Of a stretch of DNA of 64,000 nt, positions 1 to 6,608 are shown in pieces (position 1 is the stretch's first letter; each line of letters opens with the position of its first letter). A model generated the notes under the pieces. It ran no database searches, was not told where the DNA came from, and saw only the letters and a list, made by a program, of their open reading frames with translations. The DNA comes from Vicinamibacteria bacterium (lineage in GTDB: Bacteria; Acidobacteriota; Vicinamibacteria; Fen-336): NCBI GenBank assembly GCA_025994075.1, contig JAMQGV010000048.1, positions 1 through 64,000 of the forward strand. The letters run 5' to 3'. Both the position numbers and the translations under genes were made by a program.

Positions 1-1
1 C

Positions 2-874
2 ACGGCCCGGCGCGCCGAACGCTTCGCCCCGATCGGGCAGCGGGCCAGGTCGATCTGGGAACAGTTGCGGCTGCAGAGCAACGTCGACCTGCGCGACGTG
101 GTGCTCGAAGGCACGGCGACCAAGCGCCGGGTCGAGCTCAAGGTCGCCGTGGACGGCGCCGACTCGGTGGCGCTCGGCGTGATGAGCCAGGGCGAGATCC
201 ACGCCCTCGCGCTGAGCCTGTTCCTCCCGCGCGCGACGCAGCCGGAGAGCCCGTTCCGCTTCCTGGTCATCGACGACCCCGTGCAGTCGATGGACCCGGC
301 CCGCGTCGACGGCCTGGCTCGGGTGCTGGCCGAAACTGCCCGCGAGCGCCAGGTGATCGTCTTCACCCACGACGACCGCCTCGCGGAGTCGGTGCGCCGC
401 CTGGCCCTCGACGCCGCGATCTTCGCCGTGACCCGCGCCGAGGGTTCGATCGTCGAGGTCAAGCCGAACGCCGACCCCGTCGACCGCGCGATCGGGGACG
501 CCCGGGCACTGGCGCTGACGGACGAGCTGCCGCCCGCCGCGGCTCGCCGCGTCGTGCCCGGGCTGTGCCGCCAGGCGATCGAGGCCGCGGCCATGCAGGC
601 CGTGCGCGCGCGCCGCATCGGCCGCGGCGACCGCCACGACGACGTGCAGGCCGTGCTCGAGAAGGCGAGCGGGCTGAAACTGGTCGCCCTCGCGCTGTTC
701 GACGACGAGCAGCGCGCCGGCGACGTGATGAACCGGCTCAACCGCGAGCGACGGACGTTCGGAGACGCCTGGCAGTGGTGCGCTGCGGGCAGCCACGAGG
801 AGGTGGCCGGCGACCTGATGGCCCACGTCAACGACGCGCACGCGCTGGCTCGCTGGCTCGCGAGGTCGGCATGA
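2..874 (+). CDS. SMC/RecF-like ABC ATPase, C-terminal part (5' end lies outside the window); about 130 aa of extension follow the H-loop
   Basis: The frame is open from nt 2. The translation shows an ABC signature-like MSQGE, a Walker B FLVIDDP, a D-loop SMD and an H-loop FTHDD. The stop overlaps the next start in an ATGA. Confidence 0.7.
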   Translation, partial: TARRAERFAPIGQRARSIWEQLRLQSNVDLRDVVLEGTATKRRVELKVAVDGADSVALGVMSQGEIHALALSLFLPRATQPESPFRFLVIDDPVQSMDPARVDGLARVLAETARERQVIVFTHDDRLAESVRRLALDAAIFAVTRAEGSIVEVKPNADPVDRAIGDARALALTDELPPAAARRVVPGLCRQAIEAAAMQAVRARRIGRGDRHDDVQAVLEKASGLKLVALALFDDEQRAGDVMNRLNRERRTFGDAWQWCAAGSHEEVAGDLMAHVNDAHALARWLARSA

Positions 875-1245
875 GCGGTGCGTCCGAGGTGCGATTCCTG
901 CTCGACACCGCACGCGACCTGCTCGCGCGCCCGCGCCGTGGGGAGCTGGCCGGCACCTGGCCGCGGGCCGCGGCGCTGCTGATCCGGCAGGCCCTGGAGG
1001 CGGCGCTCGACCAGTACTGGCGCGACCGCGGCCTGGCGCTCCACGAGTGCAACGCGCGCGCCCAGTGGATCTGCCTCGCCGACTACGAGCGCAAGGATCC
1101 CGCGACCGTCGCGGCACTCTCGGGCACCTGGCACGCCCTCTCGCGCGCCTGCCATCACCATGCCTACGAGCTGCCGCCGACCGCGGCCGAACTCCGGGGC
1201 TGGCTCGACGTCGTCGAGCGCTGGCACTCGCGGACCACGGGCTGA
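871..1245 (+). CDS. small hypothetical protein with a HEPN-like Rx4HxY motif (SRACHHHAYE)
   Basis: ATG at 871 overlaps the upstream stop (ATGA). The 124 aa product has a C-terminal RACHHHAY segment that fits the HEPN Rx4-6H consensus. The track ORF 565-1245 is an upstream extension of this frame. Confidence 0.5.
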   Translation: MSGASEVRFLLDTARDLLARPRRGELAGTWPRAAALLIRQALEAALDQYWRDRGLALHECNARAQWICLADYERKDPATVAALSGTWHALSRACHHHAYELPPTAAELRGWLDVVERWHSRTTG

Positions 1246-1315
1246 CGCTCGGTCGCGAACCGGACCTGCCGCGGCTGCAGGCGAGGCGATCATCGCTCCA
1301 CCGAGGAGGAACGCG

Positions 1316-1624
1316 ATGTTCGAGCCGGGACAGTTGAAGGCCGTGGCCGCGCGGGTCGAGGTGACGGTGCCGTTCGGCGTGATCGCGGAGTCGAAGGAGC
1401 AGGCGCCCCGGCGAGTGATGCGGTTCCTCGAGGCGCTCTCCGCGATGCTCGAGCAGTCGATGGCGCCGGGCACCTTCGGGATCCGGCGCCCGAAGGTCAC
1501 CCGGGTGGTGGTCGAGGAGGTGCTCCAGGTCCACACCAGCGAGGTCGAGGACGACGTGCGGATCACCCGCGAGCCGGTCAGGCGCGAGCGCAGGCCCCGC
1601 GCCGCGAAGCCCCGGCGGCGCTGA
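1316..1624 (+). CDS. small hypothetical protein with an Arg/Lys-rich C-terminal tail
   Basis: ATG at 1316 follows a GAGGAGGA RBS 5 nt upstream. The product is 102 aa and ends in RRERRPRAAKPRRR. It is convergent with the DinB gene. Confidence 0.5.
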   Translation: MFEPGQLKAVAARVEVTVPFGVIAESKEQAPRRVMRFLEALSAMLEQSMAPGTFGIRRPKVTRVVVEEVLQVHTSEVEDDVRITREPVRRERRPRAAKPRRR

Positions 1625-1631
1625 CGCCCGG

Positions 1632-2165
1632 TCAGCGCTCCCGGGCGAGGGCCGCGCGGATCTCGACGATCTGCTGGCGGTGGCGCTCCTCGTGGCAGGC
1701 GATCATCTCGAACCAGGCGTAGAGGTGGATGCCGCCGAGCGCCTTGTGGACCAGCCGATAGCGGGTGAGGTCGCGGTCGCGGTTCTCGGCGATGAACGCC
1801 TTCAGGTCCGCGCGCGAGCCGGCGAGGCGGGTGAGCAGTTCCTCGCGGGTCGGCGGCTGCTCCGCGGGGGCGACGATCTTCGGGTTCCGGATCCGGATTC
1901 CGCGCCACAGCACGACGCGCGGCGGCAGGCAGCGCAGGCGGTCGAAGAGCGAGACGGTGGACGGCTTCGTGCCGGCGACCATCGCGCGGAAGTGGGGGAC
2001 CAGCCGGCCCTCGAGCACGGCCAGGTGGTCGAGCACGTGACCCGCGCTCCAGGCGTCCGGGGCGGGGCGCCGCGCGAAGTCGTCGTCCGGCATCGGCGCG
2101 ACCTCGGCGAGCAGGCGGCCACGCGTGTCGTCGAGCAGCGTCAGCGTGCGGTCGAGATCGGCCAT
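1632..2165 (-). CDS. DinB/DinB_2 superfamily metalloenzyme-like protein
   Basis: 177 aa. His-rich helical-bundle features are present (HVLDHLAVLEG, CHEERHRQQ). Confidence 0.7.
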   Translation of the reverse strand: MADLDRTLTLLDDTRGRLLAEVAPMPDDDFARRPAPDAWSAGHVLDHLAVLEGRLVPHFRAMVAGTKPSTVSLFDRLRCLPPRVVLWRGIRIRNPKIVAPAEQPPTREELLTRLAGSRADLKAFIAENRDRDLTRYRLVHKALGGIHLYAWFEMIACHEERHRQQIVEIRAALARER

Positions 2166-2178
2166 GCGTGTCTCCGTT

Positions 2179-2784
2179 TCAGCGCTTCGTCGCGCACCAG
2201 GTCGTCATGGCGCGCTGCCCCTGCACGTTCGTGGTCTTGAGCGGCTCGGCGAGGGTGCCGCCCAGCTCTTCGGTCAGCCGCAGCAGCGCGGCTTCGTCGA
2301 CCAGGTAGCGGTCGGTTCCGTCCGGCAGCCGGTAGCGGCCCTCGCCCAGCGGGCGCACGCGGTCCTCGAGCCCGATCGTCGAGGCGAGCCGCGCGAAGAA
2401 GAAGCCGCCGGGCTTCAGCATGCGCCAGGCGCCGTCGACCATGCGCCGGAAGTGCCCCGGGTTCTCCGCGAAGTGCAGCACCGCGCTGCAGACCACTGCG
2501 TCGAAGTGGGCGTCGGGGAAGCTGGCGGTCTCGAGCGACTCGGCGCGGAAGTTGGCCGCGGGCAGAGCCGGGGCGAGGCGCGCGGCGAGCGCGCGGGTCT
2601 GCTCGACGGCCTGCGGCCACGGGTCGAGGCCGCAGACGTCGAAGCCCTGGCGCAGGAAGAAGACCAGGTTCCGGCCGCTGCCGCAGCCGGCGTCGAGCAG
2701 CCGCATGCCGGGCGCGAAGCGCCCCTTGAGCGCCTGGTCGAACAGGTAGATGTCGATCGCCCCGAACTCCTCGACGAGATCCAT
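2179..2784 (-). CDS. class I SAM-dependent methyltransferase
   Basis: The SAM-binding motif I LLDAGCGSGRN is present and the overall size (201 aa) fits. Confidence 0.8.
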   Translation of the reverse strand: MDLVEEFGAIDIYLFDQALKGRFAPGMRLLDAGCGSGRNLVFFLRQGFDVCGLDPWPQAVEQTRALAARLAPALPAANFRAESLETASFPDAHFDAVVCSAVLHFAENPGHFRRMVDGAWRMLKPGGFFFARLASTIGLEDRVRPLGEGRYRLPDGTDRYLVDEAALLRLTEELGGTLAEPLKTTNVQGQRAMTTWCATKR

Positions 2785-2812
2785 GACGCGGGCGATCGTA
2801 TCGCGCCAGCGG

Positions 2813-2836
2813 ACCCCTGACGCCGGTTGTCAGAGT
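2813..2836. promoter_or_regulatory. palindromic operator-like site CCCCTGAC-N6-TGTCAG (copy 1) in the divergent promoter region
   Basis: The sequence acccctgacgccggttgtcagagt lies between the divergent methyltransferase and lipoprotein starts. The same motif recurs at 3462-3488. Confidence 0.4.
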
Positions 2837-2890
2837 CGGGCGCCGATCCTCCCCGCGTCCGCAACGACGTGGACCAGGACAGGAGGCCCC

Positions 2891-3445
2891 GTGCGACGAT
2901 TCTTGACGACCCTCGCGATTCCCTTCGGCTTCGGCCTGCTGGCCGCGGCGTGCGGCGGCAGCAGTCCCTCCGCTCCCTCGACGCCACCGACCACGCTGCC
3001 GGCCCGCTCCAGCATCACCGTGGCCCAGAACGGCACGGCGCTGCTCGGCATCTCCCCCTCGGCGCTGCACGACTTCCGGCTCCGCGTCCCGTTCCGGGTG
3101 ACGGAGAGCGGGGGGCTGGGCGCGCGCATGAACTTCATCCGCCTCCAGCTCTTCCGCGGCGGGATCGAGATCGAGCGTTCCGAACTGGGCGCCGTGCAGA
3201 TCGAGCAGGGGCTCGGCAGCAACGTGATCCGCGCCTCGCAGACCACGACCTTCAGCGCCAACTTCGACTTCAACTCGAGCACCTTCGACTTCTTCCGGAT
3301 GACGTTCAGCTTCACCGACGACCGCGGCAACGCCCACACGGCAGAGATCTCGCGGCTGACCGACGTCCAGGTGTTCCCCGGGCTGCTGGCGATGGTGCCG
3401 GAGGGCCAGGGCTTCCGTCTCGTGCTGGCCCCCGGCGCGCACTGA
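2891..3445 (+). CDS. hypothetical lipoprotein (signal peptide plus lipobox LLAAAC)
   Basis: GTG at 2891 has an AGGAGG 4 nt upstream. The product has an N-terminal signal peptide with a lipobox cysteine. Confidence 0.6.
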   Translation: MRRFLTTLAIPFGFGLLAAACGGSSPSAPSTPPTTLPARSSITVAQNGTALLGISPSALHDFRLRVPFRVTESGGLGARMNFIRLQLFRGGIEIERSELGAVQIEQGLGSNVIRASQTTTFSANFDFNSSTFDFFRMTFSFTDDRGNAHTAEISRLTDVQVFPGLLAMVPEGQGFRLVLAPGAH

Positions 3446-3461
3446 AGCGCCTCCAACACGG

Positions 3462-3488
3462 CACCCCTGACAACCGATGTCAGGGGTG
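3462..3488. promoter_or_regulatory. perfect 11-bp-arm palindrome cacccctgaca-N5-tgtcaggggtg (copy 2 of the CCCCTGAC/TGTCAG motif)
   Basis: The inverted repeat is visible directly. It sits between the lipoprotein stop and the WYL regulator start. No T-tract follows it. Confidence 0.45.
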
Positions 3489-3533
3489 CCGCCCTCCTTG
3501 GAACCTCGCAGGGCAGGTGAAAATGCGCCTCGC

Positions 3534-4595
3534 ATGGCACGACAGCCTCGCCGTCCCTCCCGACGAGCCGTCCAGGTGACCCGCCCCGCGCTGCGCCGCC
3601 TGCTGTGGGCGATCGAGCAGTTGCGCGCGCGGCGCCCGCTGACCGCCACCGCCCTCGCCCGCGAGTTCGAAGTCAGCGTGCGGACGGCGTACCGCGATCT
3701 CGACTTCCTGCGCGACGAGTGGCGGGTCCCCCTGGACTTCGACCCGAGCGAGCGGACCTACACCCTGACCGGGCCCATCGGCGCACTGCCCACGGTCACC
3801 CTCAGCGAAGGAGAACTGGTCGCGCTCTACTTCGCCGAGAAGGTGCTCGGGCAGTACCGCGGCACGCCGTTCGAAGGGGACCTCGAGAGCGCGTTTCGCA
3901 AGATCCAGGAACTGCTGCCGCACCTGGTGCCCGTCTCGCCGGAGCAGATCCACGACTACCTGAGCTTCGACCCGGGAGCGCTCCACACGCCGGATGCCGG
4001 CGTCTTCCGCACGCTGCTCCGCGCCTGGCAGCAGCGTCGGCGCGCCCGCGTCCGCTACCGGAGCCTGAGCACCGGCCGCACCGCCACCCGCGATCTCGCG
4101 CCGTACCACGTCGCCAACCACCGCGGCGACTGGTACGTCGCGGCCCACGACCCGGGCCACGACGACGTGCGCCTCTTCGCGCTCCACCGCTGCCTTTCGG
4201 CCGAGCTCACCGACGAGCCGTTCGTGATCCCGGCCGGCTTCCGCTACGAGCGCTTCATGTCCGGCGCCTTCGGCGTGATGCGGGGCGGGACGCCGCGCGA
4301 GGTGGTGGTCCGCTTCGCGGCCCGGCAGGGGCGCTGGATTCGGGAGCGGCAGTGGCACCGATCGGCCCGGGTCGAGGTGCGCCCCGACGGCGACGTGATC
4401 CTGCGGATGCGGGTGGCGGAGACGAGCGGCGTACGCCGCTGGCTGATGCAGTTCGGCTCCGAAGCCGAGGTCCTGGCCCCCGCGGACCTGCGCCGCGAGG
4501 TCGCGAGGGAACTGTCGCGAGCCCTCGGCGCCTACCGCTCGCGGCGGACCACGGCCGCCGCCGAGCGCGAAGCGACGGACGGCTCGGCCGCCTAG
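3534..4595 (+). CDS. WYL-domain transcriptional regulator (HTH-WYL-WCX architecture, YafY/PafBC/BrxR-like)
   Basis: There is an N-terminal HTH (TALAREFEVSVRTAYRDLDFL), a central WYL-type region (HRGDWYVAAHD) and a C-terminal WCX-like region. The start may instead be the GTG at about 3577. Confidence 0.8.
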   Translation: MARQPRRPSRRAVQVTRPALRRLLWAIEQLRARRPLTATALAREFEVSVRTAYRDLDFLRDEWRVPLDFDPSERTYTLTGPIGALPTVTLSEGELVALYFAEKVLGQYRGTPFEGDLESAFRKIQELLPHLVPVSPEQIHDYLSFDPGALHTPDAGVFRTLLRAWQQRRRARVRYRSLSTGRTATRDLAPYHVANHRGDWYVAAHDPGHDDVRLFALHRCLSAELTDEPFVIPAGFRYERFMSGAFGVMRGGTPREVVVRFAARQGRWIRERQWHRSARVEVRPDGDVILRMRVAETSGVRRWLMQFGSEAEVLAPADLRREVARELSRALGAYRSRRTTAAAEREATDGSAA

Positions 4596-4650
4596 CCCCG
4601 CCTGCTTCAGTCCCGGCCCCCGCCCCCTTTCGTCGCCCTCGCCCTGAAAT

Positions 4651-4671
4651 ATACCTTGCGTGACAAGGTAT
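4651..4671. promoter_or_regulatory. palindrome ATACCTTG-N5-CAAGGTAT in an AT-richer stretch just upstream of padR (candidate PadR operator/promoter)
   Basis: The perfect 8-bp arms are seen directly. The site ends 20 nt before the padR GTG. Confidence 0.45.
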
Positions 4672-4690
4672 CTCGGCATACATTGGTCGT

Positions 4691-5062
4691 GTGACCAGGG
4701 ATGGAGAAGGCGGGGAGGGCCGGCGGAGCACACTCCGCGAGCTGAAGCGGGGCGCGCTGGAACTGGTCGTCCTGCAGCTCCTCGCACCCGGAGAAGCCTA
4801 CGGCTACGAGATCGTGTCCGCGGTGACGGCGCGCTCCCGGGGCGCCCTCGAGATCACCGACGGCACGCTGTACCCGCTCCTCTACCGCCTCGAAAAGGCG
4901 GGATTCGTGGCGACGCGGTGGGAAACCCCGGAGCGTGGAGTGCCGCGCAAGTACTACCGCCTGACGCCGGCGGGTCGCGAAGAGCTGGCGACGCTGGGGC
5001 GCGAGTGGGCGGCGTTTTCGAAGGCGATGGGTCGGCTGCTGCGCGACCAGGAGGGCCGATGA
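4691..5062 (+). CDS. PadR family transcriptional regulator
   Basis: PadR-type winged-helix features are present (ELVVLQLLAPGEAYGYEI, DGTLYPLLYRLEKAGFV). The start is GTG. Confidence 0.85.
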   Translation: MTRDGEGGEGRRSTLRELKRGALELVVLQLLAPGEAYGYEIVSAVTARSRGALEITDGTLYPLLYRLEKAGFVATRWETPERGVPRKYYRLTPAGREELATLGREWAAFSKAMGRLLRDQEGR

Positions 5063-5652
5063 CGGCGGAGGACTACGTCTCGCGGGTGCTGGCGGCGCTG
5101 GCGGCCGGTGTGGCCGATCGCGACTCGATCGCGCTGGAGCTGCGTGGCCACATCGCCGAACGGGTGGGCGAGGGGCAGCCGCTGCCCGAGGTGCTGGCTG
5201 GACTCGGCGATCCGGTGACGCTGGCGAGCTCCTACGGCGGCGCCGTGGCCCTGGAGCCCGCGGCCCACGGGCCCCGCCTCGGCGCCAAGCTCGTCGACGC
5301 GACGCTCGCCGCGACGCTTGCGGTCGGGCTGGCGCTGGCCGGCGCCACGCTCGCTCCGACCGAGGACCTGCAGGGAGTCCTGGTCGTCGCGGCGCTGCTG
5401 GCCGGCGCGTGTGCCTTCTGGGCGGGTACCGCCTGGGCGGAGTACCGATTCGGCACGACGCCGGGCAAGCGGCTCTTCGGACTCCGCGTCGTGTCCGAGG
5501 CCGGCACGCGTCCCTCGGCTGGCGCCGCCGCCGTGCGACAGCTCCCGCTGCTCCTGCAGGTGTTCTGGATCGACGCGGCCTTCGCGCTCTTCACCGAGCG
5601 CCGGCAACGCGCGTTCGAGCTGCTCTCGCACACCCGCGTCGTGCGCGGCTGA
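5059..5652 (+). CDS. RDD family membrane protein
   Basis: ATG overlaps the padR stop (ATGA). The product has hydrophobic segments and an RDD-like region (TTPGKRLFGLRVV). Confidence 0.65.
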   Translation: MTAEDYVSRVLAALAAGVADRDSIALELRGHIAERVGEGQPLPEVLAGLGDPVTLASSYGGAVALEPAAHGPRLGAKLVDATLAATLAVGLALAGATLAPTEDLQGVLVVAALLAGACAFWAGTAWAEYRFGTTPGKRLFGLRVVSEAGTRPSAGAAAVRQLPLLLQVFWIDAAFALFTERRQRAFELLSHTRVVRG

Positions 5653-5658
5653 CGGGCG

Positions 5659-6555
5659 ATGCTCGAGATCCGCGACCTGGTGAAGGTGTATCCCGGGCCG
5701 GTGGCGGCCCTCCACGGCGTCCGTCTCGACGTGCCGCGCGGCCTGTTCGGCTTGCTCGGGCCCAACGGCTCCGGCAAGTCGACGCTGATGAAGATCCTCG
5801 CAGGCCTGCTGGCCCCGACGTCGGGGCGCGTGGTCCTCGACGGCGTCGACGTCACCGATCGCCCGCAACTCGTGTGGCCGCGCCTGGGCTACCTGCCCCA
5901 GGACTTCGGGTTCTACCCGCGGCTCACGGGCGAGGCGATGCTGCGCCACCTGCTGGACCTCAAGGGCGTGGGGGAGCGCAGCCGGCGCAGTCGGATCGCC
6001 CTGGAGCTGCTGCACCGGGTGAACCTGGGGGCCGCTGCGGGCCGCAGGGTCGCGGAGTACTCGGGCGGCATGCGGCAGCGGCTGGGCATCGCCCAGGCGA
6101 TCGCCGGCGACCCGGAACTGCTGATCGTCGACGAGCCCACCGCGGGGCTCGACCCCGAGGAGCGGCTGCGTTTCCATCACCTGCTGGCCGAGCTGGCCGA
6201 GACGCGGACGGTGCTGTTGTCGACCCACCTCGTCGAGGACGTCGCCATGCTCTGCCCGCGCTTTGCCGTCCTGCGCTTCGGTCGTCTCCTCCTGGAGGGC
6301 ACGCCGGAGCAGGCCCGCCGCGCGATCCCGGGCCGCCTCGCGGAGGGCCTCGTCGCGCGCGATGCGCTGGAGTCGCTGCGGAGGACGGCGCGCGTCACGC
6401 AGCACCTGCTGTTCGAGGGTCGCCATCGGGTGCGGTTGCACGTGCCCGAGGGGCCGCTCCCGCCGGACTTCGTCGAGGTGCCGGCCACGCTCGAGGACGC
6501 CTACATGCTGCTCACCCTCGACGACGCCGCGCGGACCCTGCCGGCCTCGGCGTGA
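5659..6555 (+). CDS. ABC transporter ATP-binding protein
   Basis: Walker A GPNGSGKST, signature SGGMRQR and Walker B LLIVDEPTAGLD are present. Confidence 0.9.
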   Translation: MLEIRDLVKVYPGPVAALHGVRLDVPRGLFGLLGPNGSGKSTLMKILAGLLAPTSGRVVLDGVDVTDRPQLVWPRLGYLPQDFGFYPRLTGEAMLRHLLDLKGVGERSRRSRIALELLHRVNLGAAAGRRVAEYSGGMRQRLGIAQAIAGDPELLIVDEPTAGLDPEERLRFHHLLAELAETRTVLLSTHLVEDVAMLCPRFAVLRFGRLLLEGTPEQARRAIPGRLAEGLVARDALESLRRTARVTQHLLFEGRHRVRLHVPEGPLPPDFVEVPATLEDAYMLLTLDDAARTLPASA

Positions 6556-6608
6556 GCGGGCCCCGGGTCGAGCACGGCGCCGCAGCCGGTCGAACTCTGT
6601 CCGTTGCA

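Noticed and set aside
565-1245. 226-aa ORF read as one gene
   Set aside because: Its first ~100 residues are a low-complexity overlap with the ATPase gene in another frame. The plausible start is the ATG at 871, which is coupled to the ATPase stop.
3462-3488. Rho-independent terminator after the lipoprotein gene
   Set aside because: The stem-loop is strong, but no U-tract follows on either strand. The same dyad recurs upstream in a promoter region, which favours an operator.
2141-3649. 502-aa minus-strand ORF spanning the methyltransferase, lipoprotein and WYL start regions
   Set aside because: Arg/Gly/Ala-rich low-complexity translation, typical of a GC-rich off-frame ORF. It overlaps well-supported genes on both strands.
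5409-6608. N-terminal 400 aa of the 1557-aa ORF 5409-10082
   Set aside because: This part overlaps the RDD and ABC ATPase genes in another frame and is low-complexity. The real permease/peptidase gene starts at the ATG at 6609, after the ABC ATPase stop.
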